Assembly (NCBI GenBank): GCA_964016885.1
Contig: OZ024740.1
Span: 382,602,001 to 382,666,000 of the forward strand
Length of the DNA stretch: 64,000 nt
From: Eledone cirrhosa
Lineage: Eukaryota
Direction of reading: 5' to 3'
In this document: positions 1 through 13,060 of the stretch, piece by piece
Layout of the letters: each line of letters opens with the position of its first letter
Position numbering within the stretch: the first letter of the stretch is position 1
Notes under the pieces: model-generated
Databases searched by the model: none
What the model was told of the DNA's origin: nothing
The model's input: only the letters and a program-made list of their open reading frames with translations
Program-made: the position numbers and the translations under genes

Positions 1-237
1 TGGGAGAGGGCACTTGCCCTGGTGGTCAGGGCCACTGTGGCTTTTTAATGGACTTTCTCCACGAATGTCCCTCGGAAGTCTCTCCCCTATAGGGGAATTT
101 TTTCATTGTTCTATTATTACATCCTCTGTTTTTTTTGATTTTTTTACACGCAGAAATGCCCATTTGTACCGTCCACTATTGTCCTGTACTGACCTTAATG
201 TCTACTTTGTCTAAACCCTTGCGGTTAATAAAGAAAG

Positions 238-280
<43 letters not shown>
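1..280 (+). mobile_element. Probable 3' UTR of an L1/Tx1-like LINE with (ATT)n tail
   Basis: Ends in GGTTAATAAAGAAAGC followed by (ATT)n. The ending resembles the Tx1 3' end at about 5460-5478 (GGCTAATAAAGAAATC). No coding part in the window. Confidence 0.4.
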
Positions 281-301
281 GCATATTTGCAATTAAATTA
301 A

Positions 302-420
302 TTGTTTCTACTTTTGGCACAAGGCCAGCATTAACCAGTGTATTACTTGTACTTTATTTTATCGAATCCGTAAGGATGAAAGGCAAAGTTAACCTCGGCG
401 GGATTTTAACTCAGAATTGG
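302..420 (-). mobile_element. tRNA-derived SINE fragment (octopus-type)
   Basis: Minus strand reads TTCTGAGTTAAAATCCCGCCGAGGTTAACTTTGCCTTTCATCCTTACGG (B-box-like plus core). Related copies at about 16125-16240 and 22170-22210. Confidence 0.6.
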
Positions 421-1059
421 AATTAAATTAATGATTGCTATTTAAGGACTGAAAGCTGATATGAAAAAAGTAAATATGAAAAGTGAAATAAAGATATGAA
501 TTCCGAAAAAAGAATAAAACAACAAATGGCGTAAAAAGTGAAAGCAAAAAATGCAGAAATCAATGAATGAAAGTATGACAAGAAGAAAATGTAGCAGTTT
601 AAGTGAACATAAGAAAGAAAGCAAATAAAGCCTGGAGTTAACACAACTACACTGGAGTGAATTATCTGAACATATCATTTTCAAGAAGACACTCATGAAT
701 TCTAATTGACATGATGTGAATCAATTCATATTTAGATAGACACTACCAAGCGCGTTTGGAAGGAGTGTATGTATGCCTGTATGTCTGTCTGTATGTATGT
801 AAGTATTATGTATTTCTGGTTTCATAATTTTATAACTTTTGCTAATGTACATATTGTCAGCTTCTAGCATGGAAACAAAACTCTTTCATTGGAATTTAGA
901 CAACATCAACTAGGTATATATGTATCCATGTCGGCATGCGTGCGTATGTGTGCAGCTATGGTTGTTATTGTATGTGTGGATGTAAATGTTTTTAGTTATA
1001 CGTGTACATATGCATATGTTTTGTCTTTGTACATGTGTATATGCAGTAATTGCATGCAG

Positions 1060-3120
1060 TATTTTTATATAAGTTTTACATATTTTTACTGTTCCATTAA
1101 TGAGTTGTACATTTAATTTCCTAACTTGTCGTGTACTTTCTGGTTCTGTGAAGCTCAGCTTCTCAAGTTTTGTACTGAAGCAGTTACTATCATATCTCAG
1201 TGCCCCAATAATCACAGGTATAGTCAGGGTGGAGAACTTGCAGATTGCTCATTAGTTCTATATAGATATTCTCACAATCAAAAATCCTTTCGATGGATTG
1301 CATTTTATAGTGTTTTGGCCACTCCAGCCTGCCTCGAAGGTAGATAGTATCGTGATGACTTATTTCGACAGCTGCTTATGACATGGGTGACATCTCCGAT
1401 ACTAATTCTGCAGAGTCTGCATTTGTCTAGGCGTTTGTCGGCATTTCTATCACCCTTGTGAATCAGGTTTTTTAAAATATTGATTTCCTGTTCTTGGATT
1501 GCAAAAGCATATCCTTCAATGTGAGAGACAATACAGTGGTTATTGGTCCAAGGTAAGCTACTTATCTATATTATTCTTGCTCTGTAGCCTCCTGGCAACA
1601 TACCCATGCATGAATCTTTGCTGGAAAGCTTGTAGCTTTTCATCCATCGTTCGTTACGTTATTCCTGGTCAATTTCCCTACATGTGAGGTTTGATTATCA
1701 TGCAGGCAGTATCTTTCCCGACGTTCCCTTCCAATTCTCATGATATTATCTGTTTCATGTAGACAGTCTGCTCAATAGGTGGGCTCCTTGGATGTTCGTA
1801 GATATTGTCGGAGAGATATGATGCGACACCCAAATGCTGCCTAGCCTGATGTTAAATATACGCCTCCCTGCTTACGTTGCAATTAGATGCCGTTTATGCC
1901 ACTGTTGATGGGGAGGTTCCTCGTATTACTACCATCCTGTGACACAAATATGGGTCCTTCACATTTCTTGATGAGAAAGGAGAAATATTCCCCTATGATA
2001 TTTTATTTTATCAGTGAAAATAGATTCCATCTTCTCTGTTTTTAACTTTAGGATAGTTGCCAAATAAGAATATTTGTTCTCTATGGCTCTGATTCTAGTG
2101 TCTAGGACTTTAGGAAGTCGGAGAGCCTCTATCATCCAAGAGCGGGAAACAGAATCAGATGCTTTCCTATAGTTTATCTAGACTGCAACCATATATCACC
2201 TAAGTTGTCACACCTCTATGGCTGTGAAACATGGCCTATGAGGGTAGTCGATCAACGAGGGCTGGAGGTCTTCGAAAATGACTGTCTCCGCCCCATTCTT
2301 CGCTGCCGACGCGTTGATTGGGTACGTACCACCAGTCTCCGTCTTCGCCTGAATCTTCGACCCCTTCCTTCAGTGCTTCTGCAACGGCGCTTGAGATGGT
2401 TTGGTCACGCAGCCCGGCGCCCTGAGGGTGAACTGATCCGCGATGTTCTCCTCCCACCTCCACTCCCTAACTGGCGCAAGCGCGTTGGCGGGCAGCTGAA
2501 GACCTGGGCAACGACGATCAAGGAGGACCTCTCCGAACTCTCTAGTCCGCAGGTGGTCAGCCTGCGCCGATGGAACCGTGACTGGCTCGCTATTTCCAGT
2601 GACCTAGCCTGGAACTGTCGTGCGTGGGCTGCCATGGTTCGGGATGCCGTCCGGACAAGGTAAGAAGCCGGCTCAACCCTTCCAGGGTGAATGTTGACAT
2701 AAGTACAAGTACAAGTAAGTAAGTTGTCACACCTCTGACATCGTAGTTTTGTTAATTAGGAGTTGTTCACCCCACGGCCAAAGATCTTTCCTTTCAGTTG
2801 GTTGCTCATATTTGATGATGTTATCATTGATGCCGTGATCTTGGAGAAATATTCTGGCAGGCTGAATACATTTTATACATTAGGTTCTGGCATGTGTGTG
2901 TCTTTGTTCTTGAATATCAATATTGTTTCTGCTAATTTCAACTACAATGGTAAATGTGTCTCATGTGTTGTTGAGGAGTGGTTCCAATACTGGCAAATCA
3001 TCTGGTGTAGGACAAACTTACAGAAACATTCCCTCTAGCCGACTATATATTGTTTTTAAAATGTTTTTCCATATTCAGAATTCACTTATTAGGAAGATGT
3101 TTGAAGAGATTTAACTATAT
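1060..3120 (-). mobile_element. Degraded restriction-like-endonuclease non-LTR retrotransposon (R4/Dong-like)
   Basis: Minus-strand translations give RT motif YRKASDSVSRSWMIEAL (about 2120-2175), EGYAFAIQEQEI (about 1483-1518), CCHC knuckle DKCRLC-x8-HVISSC (about 1370-1428) and RLE C-terminus IIGALRY...INGTVKICK. Many stops. Interrupted by an RTE insertion. Confidence 0.7.
2218..2719 (+). mobile_element. 5'-truncated RTE-clade LINE 3' end with target-site duplication
   Basis: ORF reads LYGCETW...RRLRWFGHAARR...GGQLKTW. Short (AAGTAC/TAAG) tail. Flanked by direct repeat TAAGTTGTCACACCTCT at 2201-2217 and 2720-2736. Confidence 0.85.
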
Positions 3121-3569
3121 GCAATATAACCTCCACGCCATATTACAAACATACATTTATAACTACAATTCAGAAGTTGCCTACTTCGTCCAGCAGAGGT
3201 AAACATTCTATGATGTGCATTGGTAACAAACTCATTCAAAGAGGTTGTTTTTGCGAGTGGGTCATGTCAGAAACAACCGTCTCTAATAGATCCGACTGGA
3301 TCTCACAAACATGACCAACAATATAAACTTCACTTTAAACGGAACCCTATTAGCTAATCTCGCCAGGATTCAAGTAATTGACAGATACAGAATCAACCAG
3401 TTCCTGTATATTTCATTTAATTTTTACTTTAACTGTTTAACATTCAAAACTTCTATCGGGATATCCACATATACGAGAGTAAGCTGAGACGTTCATAGGC
3501 TGACTATGAAGGAATGTTGTTAAAGCTGTGAAATCTTGCGGGCATTAACTTCAAATATTCTTATATATA

Positions 3570-3670
3570 CAGGGTGTCTCGCAAAAAGGTATAAACAGAG
3601 GCTGTACGTTCTAATCAATATTGCCTGTATTGGTAATCAAAGTGCGTATATACATTTCGGGGACACACTA
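3570..3670. mobile_element. Tc1/mariner-type MITE (degenerate)
   Basis: TA-flanked CAGGGTGTCTC...GGGGACACACTA imperfect TIRs. Same family as 25967-26063. Confidence 0.5.
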
Positions 3671-3770
3671 TATATACGCATGAATGGATGTGTATATATA
3701 TGCATATACATACACACTGTTACACAGGCGTACACACACATACACTCATATACAAATGTATATATCTATC

Positions 3771-3819
<49 letters not shown>

Positions 3820-3820
<1 letters not shown>

Positions 3821-5477
3821 GTACGTACTGACTCTCGAGCCACTACTGCGGAAGCTGGAGCTATTGCAGGGCATCCCTCTGGAACCGGGACTGCGGAAAG
3901 CGGCGTCGGCCTACGCCGACGACGTGACAGTAATGGTGTCGAGCGCCTCGCAAATCGAGGAAGTCGGCACCTTACTGAAGGAATACGAATGTCTCACAGG
4001 AGCGAAGCTGAACCGGGACAAGTCCATCGGTTTGCAACTCGGATCGTGGAGAGGCAGACCGATGCCTTCCGATGGCGTCGTCGGACGCTGGACGGAAGGA
4101 CCGGTAAAGCTGCTCGGGGTCTGGTTTGGTCCGGACCTCCAGGTGGAGAAGAACTGGAACAAAGTGACGGCCAAGGTGTTTGCACTCACCCAGAAGTGGG
4201 CCGAGTGCAAACTATCCTTGAAAGGTCGAGCGGAGGTGGCGAACACTTTTATAGCGTCCCCCATCTACTACCGCTTGACCGTCGTGCCTTGTCCAGCCAA
4301 AACGCTCGCCAAAATGGAGCGCGCGCTCTTCCGATTCCTTTGGAAGAGGCGGGCTCCTTTGGTGAGAAGATCCATCTGCTGCCAACACCCTTCTAACGGA
4401 GGGCTGGGGATGCCGTGGTTGACGATGCGCAAACACGCGCTCAGGCTGCGGCATCTCTACGTATTCCTCACCGGACAACTGGTGTGGGTCCCGTTCGTGA
4501 GGCGAGCCTTCCCACGACTCGTCTCGCTGACCGAACTGCAGTCCTGGGTCAAGCAAAGACCGAGGAAAATGGGCGACTGGCACATCGAATGTGCTCAGGC
4601 GCTCACAGCCCTCTGGCAGGCGGACCCGGTGATCAGTGGAGACTCCACTTCGTCATTCTATAGAGGGTTGGTCCGCAGCAAGTGCAACGACGCGCTAGGT
4701 GAAACTCTAGGCGTAGAGGAAGATGAACTGGCCAGTCTGTTCGGTAGGACCTTCCGCCCGGGACCGATGGACAACTTCCAAAAGTCCCTGGCCTGGCAGT
4801 GCTACCGAGGAGCTCTACCAGTTCGAGACAAGCTCTACAGACATGGGCGCCCGGGCAGGGACCCTGCAAAAAAGATCTGTCCGAGGTGCGTGCGAGACGA
4901 AGAAACCGTCGCGCACGCATTCATACACTGCCCGGGCGTCATTGACCACCGAGTCCATTGTCATGATCAAACCGCCACCCTCCTTCAAAAACGAAGGAGT
5001 GGCGGTTTTCCTTTGTGTAATAGCTATGCCGAAAGAGGTTGTATGGTGGACAAGGTTGAAAGGGCTGAGGTCAGACACCTTTCTCTCCGGCCAACAACTG
5101 ATTCTTTTTTTCAAATACCACTTTGGAAGAAGAATCAGGATGGAGAGAGGTGCTGTACCCCAGCAAGTTTTATGAAAGGTGGGTGAAAGTGGCGAGAATG
5201 GCCCGAGTGAATGGGCCTTCTCTCTATATCAGCCTGTAGGTTGAGGAAAAGAAGGAGGAGAGGAAAGGAGTACAAACTCTTCGTGCTCCTGGAGATGAGG
5301 GTTGCACATTTTTTTTCGGGGGTATGTGTTACCCATATAAACTGTCTACCTCTATTGGGGAAAATCGACTAACTTTTTAAATTCCATTTGTGATAACATT
5401 TTACACGTTTTTATTGTATGTAAAGTTCCCCCTTTGTATTTGTCCCCTTCTTTTGTGCCCCTGTGGCTAATAAAGAA

Positions 5478-5478
<1 letters not shown>
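3820..5478 (+). mobile_element. 5'-truncated L1/Tx1-clade LINE (RT C-terminus, zf-RVT region, 3' UTR)
   Basis: ORF 3864-5186 has SAYADD, KLLGVWFG, LSLKGRAEVAN, GGLGMP and CPRC-x6-AHAFIHCP. Frameshift near 4945. AATAAA end. (TATC)n on both sides. Confidence 0.9.
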
Positions 5479-5521
<43 letters not shown>

Positions 5522-5546
5522 GTCTATCTATATATATATATACATA

Positions 5547-5648
<102 letters not shown>

Positions 5649-6268
5649 TGTGTAAGGTTCAGAACAGACTAAATTTCAAAGTAATTCTTGGTACACATTT
5701 ACAATTCATGTATACACTAAACAATGTAAATTTATTTACTTTATTGTAGGTATATAGCTAAGACATTCGTGATGTTACGTTTAATTACACACAGATATAC
5801 GCACACATACACAGGCATGTATATCTATTTAGACAACAGGATAAGAAAGGAATGATGCGAAAGTACAGATGCATGTCGCATTCTGGGAACTCACTACACA
5901 CAATTACTTATAATCTAAAGGCTCCAACGCTATAAACACTACTACGAGCATTACCGTCGACAAATACTCGAACAAAAGTATTTGAACGGTGATGTTAGAT
6001 TCTACTTTATCTTTCGAAAAACATACATTGAAATTTGTCTACACTTTCAATGCATCATATTTAATAGCTAGTCTCGATTAGTTTAACTGTTGAATGGAAT
6101 TGCTGCCTTTTCTGCTTACTTAATGTGCTTAATGTGTTCTCGTTTCTATTTATGCATTTTATTCTTTATCCTCTGAATATATAAATTTCTAAATGAAGTT
6201 ACTGATACGGAAATCCATTATGTATACTACAATGGGCTTACAATATATACATATATATGTGTGTGTGT

Positions 6269-6308
<40 letters not shown>

Positions 6309-7773
6309 GTGTGTGTGTTTATGTGTGTCTTTGTGTGTGTTTATTTGTACATTTAATCTTAATTACATCTAATTTTTATACGTTTTTGTTTAATTTTTAC
6401 TTCGAAGTAATATTAAAATATACTGAAATACGATATGTTTGCTTTGCTTTCTCTTTCCTTATGCATGGTAGGGGTATCACTTTGCAATCGTTTTAAATTA
6501 TCTAGTGTATATTTCTTCCCGTTAACACACAATTTGAATCAATATACAAGAACACAATGTTTACGTGTTCGGTCACCACATATATATATATATATATACA
6601 CGTATGCACTAATATAACTTTTAGGCTAATATGTGCTATATGTTTTTTCTCATCAGTATATTCTCCTACAAAATCGCATAAACAGATACACATGTGTTTC
6701 TTCGCTTAACTCTGAATTTCTATACTGAATGTTTGCTCATGCAACAGTAATCTTTTTATATATGCATAAACATTCTAATAAGTTTTACTTAAGAAAAAAT
6801 TGTAATAATTTGAACAATTTTTCGTTTCTAGCAAGTTGATATCAGATTATGCGCAGAAACATTCTTTTGGGATGTAAGAAAACAACACACTTTCTTCACT
6901 AACTATTTCAAATGGTATCAAGCCCATTAAGTTGTTAAATCCTACAAGAAACTACACGATATAAATCATTTGTCTTTTTTTATATTGGTTTTTTTTTTAC
7001 CTAAAGTAATATTTCATGCTGAGTCGTACATATTGATAATTATTTCCAAATACGTAACTTTTTTGATCTTTCATATCTAAGAAAGTCCAACTTCTACAAC
7101 AATGTACATTCAAATCGTTGAACACAGACGAATACCATGTGCTCGACCTTGCAGTTTACTTATTAAAATAACAAAACGCCAAATAGAAGCACAAATTATC
7201 TGGAGAAGTGTATCGAGAAAATCATATATTCTAAGGCATTTTAACCTGTTAGTGTAAACAAAATAGTATTTGCGAACCACCCACTGAAGACCTGGTTTAC
7301 TTGTTAGGCTGCGACAGTGCATATTTTTGTATACCTAATTAGTGAATGCTTCGAGGAACCAATAATTTCATTTTAATGGAGTTGGGAAAGAAATATTTAG
7401 AAGAAAATTCTACCTTTGCAATAAATCATTCTCCAATTCTACAGCACCGTAGTCAGAGCTATTTGCTTACTACCTAACAACCTCTTCAGCTAATAATATA
7501 CTGAAACTCATAGTCGCGTCTAAATGGTTGATTGTTATATATCGACAAATACAATGAACGCATATGAATATTGTGTGGTTACAAAAAAGCAACAATAGCA
7601 ATTAACGCCTAAGAATCCTGATTGAATATCAATATTTTCATTCTTGAGAACGTTAAGGAATTAGGGACGGAATTTCTTACAGAGATATTGTAAAATCGTC
7701 CTAGCAAACGTCTATCGGAAAGTTTGTAAACTTAATTTAAAAAAAAAAACTATTGTCATACAGTCTTATTTTA

Positions 7774-8200
7774 TTATAGGTTTCTCCTAACTAATACTTT
7801 GACGCTAAACTCCGCCAGATGTAGACTGCGCAGCAACATGAGATATTTTCCTCCACAAAGTTCGATCACCAGCACAGAATTTAAAGAGCAAAGATCAAGC
7901 CCAGTCTGCAAGTTGACATTACCAAGCCATTGTTTTCGCTGCCGACCTCTGCTTAACTTACCAGCCAACCTTCCTTCCAGGCATGACTTACTCACAAATA
8001 ATCTTTTTAAATGACCGTATATTTTGAGTATTCTTAACTTGACAATTGATGTAATTGGTCTAAATTTGGTAATGTTGAGCAGGTCCCTGATATGGCCGCT
8101 GAGCCGCTTGCCATTCATAAGTTTCATGATGTGGTTTTGGAATGTAGAGAGCTTCTGAAGTGACTTTATCGTCCAATTAACACTGTCAAGACAACTTGTA
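7774..8200 (-). mobile_element. Degraded RTE-like LINE 3' fragment
   Basis: LKIYGHLKR...LEGRLAGKLSRGRQRKQWLGNV is a typical LINE ORF2 C-terminus. Confidence 0.65.
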
Positions 8201-9694
8201 ACAATACTCTTAAGTTAAAAGTTATGGTTACCTAAGATCAAAGTTAAGAGATTAGTTACACAATCAAAAACTATTACATTTTAGTCATTCATTAATAAGT
8301 AACAAAGTAGTGTTTCATTCCATATATGTCATCACAAGTATCACGAATTTTGATTCTGAAAGATATTAGTTTACACTTTCCTCTCACATATAATTTTAAA
8401 CCAAACTAAAACGGGAACATAAACAAAGACCGTAGCTCAAGTCTCAAACATATTCATATATATGTTCTGTTATGTCTAAGAATAGCTATGACAGAGATAA
8501 CAAAATAAAATAATATGAACATATAACATATTTTCTCTTTTATTTTCACTTATAGGAGGCGGAACATTTGGGTTTGGCATTTACATATGTAAGTGGACGG
8601 ACATGCGTGTATCTCTGTGTGTACAGTTATGGTACATTAAAATTTACGTTTGTGCTTATCTACGTGAATGTACGTGTGTTTGTGATTATGTATGGGGTAT
8701 GTGTAATAATTATGCATGCATTTTCTAAAGCCATTCGCTAGCTGGCCAGTACGTGTAAATGACTTAATATTTATACACTTCAATTTGAAATTCCGACATT
8801 AATCATAATAATTATTTGTGTGAATTGAATTAAACATTCATAAAGTTTGTATAGGTAAACATTCTCTGTGACAATCGAGGACCATAATCCCAAACCCGAA
8901 TCAAATTACGCGGTACAAACAGTTTATATCATTTGAAGGATAGTCCGTAATCATACAACAAGAGCCGTGGAATCACTTCTGAAATATCTAAAAAGATAAG
9001 CAGCATAAAATCAAACTGTTGCTTACTTACAGGGGATAAATTTATTATAATAGCAGTATTTTTGGCTTCAAATTATAAACTTTGAACACGGAGTAACTCC
9101 ATCCACAATATCAAAATACTATTTTTGGGAACCCAGCAAATTATATATACTTAAACTGTTCTGCATTAATCCCACCTGTCATCTTAGTCAATCAAGTATG
9201 TTGATCAATCTTTCTCGCTTTCGAGTTTATACTCGTGAGTCAGAGGAACGCTAGTGGATTCAAACGATACCCGTAGATGACCCGCAATCTTAGGGAACCA
9301 CAATCTATTAATTGGTCGAAAATACTATATTTAATATTTAAGCAAAATGTATATGAACGAGTTTAAACGATGTGTATGTAATTAGCTGTAAGTGGATATT
9401 TCAATTAAAGACAAGATGAATGAAATGGTATCACGTTCTTTTTGATCAAATAACAAACTTCTTTATCCAGTTTAATAATTTTGCACACCAGCCCTAACAT
9501 TATTTTCACCTATAATTGTGTAAAAACGTTACACATATACACACAAACACCACCCAATGTATGGCTGTAAATCTATATCTATATCTATGGTGATAACTAT
9601 TTATAAAAACACACATGCATACACGTACGTATGCACACATACACACACACTCACATCCACACAGATGTTTACCATTATTCCTCTATTATATAAC

Positions 9695-9776
9695 TGTTAT
9701 GCAATCACCACATGATGATGTCACCAGGATCTTGCGCAAGTTGGTCACTGAAATGTACATAGTGATTGCTATAACA
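9695..9776 (+). ncRNA. Degenerate type I hammerhead ribozyme
   Basis: Helix I TGTTATGCAATCAC/GTGATTGC(T)ATAACA; core C(aca)TGATGA...GAAA; helix II GTCACCA/TGGTCAC; palindromic ATGTACAT; AUA site. A 3-nt insertion in the core probably inactivates it. Same family as 23995-24052 (shared downstream AGTCC(G/A)GCCTCCTGTTATTT). Confidence 0.55.
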
Positions 9777-9890
9777 AATATTTTAAAGAATTTCACCAGT
9801 CCGGCCTCCTGTTATTTTTCTCAATAATATATATATATACATATATATACGATATTAACAAATGGAAACTACATTTATAAAACCATATTT

Positions 9891-9953
9891 ATTTCATTAT
9901 ACATATTTCAAGGACACGAAGTTAAATTATGGTGTGCTTTCATCAGATAAAAT
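9891..9953 (-). ncRNA. Type I hammerhead ribozyme in PLE pLTR
   Basis: Minus strand: ATTTTAT-CTGATGA-AAGCACAC..GTGTCCTT-GAAA-TATGTA-TA-ATGAAAT. Core intact, helices I and II pair. Confidence 0.85.
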
Positions 9954-11390
9954 ATAATATAGATAAGTTTTATAAATAAATATTGACATACCCTTAAAGA
10001 ATGCAACCATTGCTGTTGGAAGCTCCCAGATAGTGGAGTTGTAGCTTTAATTATATTATTAGTATTGGATATGTTTATTTTTAAAATAAGCCGTTTGGTT
10101 ACGGAGAAAGAGAAAGATAGAGAAGGAGAGAGAGAAAGAAAGAGAGAGAGAAAAGAGAGAGAGAAAAGAGAGAGAGACCAAAACAACAGAGAGAGAAATA
10201 TATAGAGAGAGAGAGGAGACAGAGAGAAGGGGAGAGAACGAAAACTGTAAGTCATATCTTGTTGAGTTAACTTAACAATTGAGATGAAATGAATAAATAA
10301 AATTAGAAATGTTAATAATCATGAATGGAATATACATATATAATATGAGAAATTTAACCATTGTTTAAATATGATTAGATGTTTAGTTATTCATTTAAAT
10401 ATTGAGATCAATATATTAAAAATCGGGATCTATATATTAAGAAATCCATATATTATTAAGGTCTATATATCATATAACACGTATACACACGCAAAAATAC
10501 ATACATATAAATATATATACACACTTATAAAATACATATACATATCTAATTACGTATATAATATATACACACAAAATATAAAGGATTCTTTTATTTAATT
10601 TAAGATATAGGAATCTTATAAAATGTTAGAATTGTTAAGATATTAAAGGAAATTCTATGTAATACACACTTTATGTTATTAAACAAAATGTTTTAAATTA
10701 AGTTTTATAAGATTACCTTTTATGTATTTATGGCTGTTATTATATGTCTATCTGTCAGGAATCTTGGGATAATCACTATACATATATGCAATCGAATTGT
10801 ATGGATATACACGCACATGTACATACACAATTCCCATATATACATACATATATGTACCCTCAACAAATAGGTAGATACGCATCACGTATATATAGACATA
10901 CACGCATAAAATATATATACATGTATGTCAATACACACATATACATATATACACACATATAGAGAGAAGTATATATAAATACAGTACATAGTATAATTGA
11001 GTACATAAAATACAAACGAATTATATTACAATTTGGAAATATAATTATAAGCAATATAACTTTAAAAACAATAACATTTTAAAATAGAAATTTTCTACGT
11101 ATATTTAACTTAATTTTATATCCATAAGAGAAATAAACAAAAACTTTGAAAGGATAAACTTTCGAAAATAGGAGAAGATATCAAACAATAAAAAATAAAA
11201 AAATATGAGAAATATTTTCTCCTTTCAAGAGCTCTCAATATAGCTCTCTAGAATAGTTTATTATATTTATTTATATTTAGGAAGAAAAGTTATTTTTACT
11301 TGAGTGTATAATCAATAAAAAAAGATGAAGGAATCTAATGATTTATCGACAGGTTCAATATATTAATAAAATTAATTAATTAATTATATA

Positions 11391-13060
11391 TTACATTTTA
11401 AATTTATATTTATATTTAAACGTTGAGTTTAATTTATGTCTGCAGCAACTGAATAAATTATTTCTTAAGTTCAGGGAATTTTTGGTCTTTAATATAAAGA
11501 ATATTTCTTCTCTACAAAGATCACAATTTTCTGAAGAGGAGTTAAAAGGAGTAGCTATTGAAATAATATTCCAAATCAACGAATATTCAACGTTCTTTAG
11601 TTTTAGGTCCCATAATAGGCTAGATAGAGAAGTTGAATATTTTTTGTTTGGATCTGTAAAATAATTTTTATGATTATTGAAGCGGGATTTAAACTCTGTG
11701 GAAGTGGATTCCACAAAATTAAATGAATTTAAATTAGTTTTTACATTACAATTATATACTATATTTTTAGCTAAGCAATTGTTATTTAACGGACAGTTAG
11801 ATTTATTTCTACAGTTACATTTATCAAATTGGATATTGCATGGGTTATTAGTGGTATTTTGGTTAGGTTTTATATTTCTATTATTAATTCTAATAATATT
11901 TTGCGCTAAATTTTTGGTGGAAGAATAAGTTAATTTTATAGTATGTCTATTAAAAATTGAGTAATATCTATGTGTTCTAGGGTAGCATTTGTCAACAGCT
12001 TTAAAAATAGTTTAGCAATAGGGGTTTTAATATTTAATGAGAAAGGAAGAACGAACCATAATATGTTCCTAGTTCTATTTCTTTTTCGGCTTTCGGAATT
12101 AATGTAAGGTTTTCTATTATAGTTATTAAAATTGTTACGATTATGGTTAGTTGTTATATTATTATTATTATCGATGTATTTAATTTTATTTCTATACCCA
12201 ACTCTACTTAACGCTTCGTTGTAATAATGTGCTTTTTCATCAAATATATTCTTATTAGCTGAAATTCTCGAAATTCGTTCTTGTACAGAGTTCACTATAG
12301 TATTTTTAACGGATCTGGGGTGATTAGAGTTAAAATTGGCGTAATTTAAGTTCTCATTTAGTTTGTGAAATGGATAATAAAGACATGTGTTAAGATTTAG
12401 TGTTACATCTAGAAAGTTAACTATTTTATTGTTATTCTCTATTTCTACTTTTAGATTAAGGTAATTAAAAAAATGCATAATTTGTTTTCTTTTTCTATTT
12501 AGTTCACAGTTATTATTTTCTATAAGTAAAAGCATGTCGTCACGATATAAACCTCCGGTTATCTCAGGTATTTTTCTATGTAGAGAATTATTTATTAATA
12601 GGCCCACAAGATCCGTTACCTGAGCGGAATCGGATGATCCCATAGTTATATCGAAATTATTATTTCTATATGCCCTAGTCCAGAGTTGGTTATTAAATTC
12701 TATTAATGTTTTCCGTGCCGATAATATAATGTGCATTTCATTGCTTGTTAGGTCTGTATGTTTAAATGCGTAAGTTAGTGTTCTATTCAGTAGATTAGGA
12801 GTGATAGATGAGTAATAGTTAGCAATATCCAACTGAATACACTTATTATTATAGTTATATTTAATTTCTTTAAACCAATCGATTACTTCACTAGTTCCTT
12901 TCCATAATTTTAAATAAGATAAATTCTTAATTTGTGGTATTATTCTGTCTAGAATATTTTTGCTAAGTCTGCCAAGGTCCGATTTAGATGGTGCAATTAA
13001 TCTGACTGGTAAATCAGTTTCGAAGTTCCTTTTATGATCCTTCATATTAATCTTAGGTTT
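11391..13060 (-). pseudogene. PLE reverse transcriptase + GIY-YIG endonuclease ORF (one frameshift near 11985, 5'-truncated)
   Basis: ORFs 11936-13165 and 11391-11714 plus the open linker between them. The YIG motif reads FVE. Confidence 0.85.

Larger units (their letters stand above)
9850..13060 (-). mobile_element. Penelope-like element, tentatively Hydra-type (RT + GIY-YIG + long 3' UTR/pLTR), 5'-truncated
   Basis: MKDHK, QLDIANYYSSI, FDITMGSSDSAQ, GLYRDD, FLDVTL; linker CNC-x5-C; IVY...FKSRFNNH...CDLC...LN...CRH. HHR near the 3' end, which abuts (TA)n. Confidence 0.9.
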
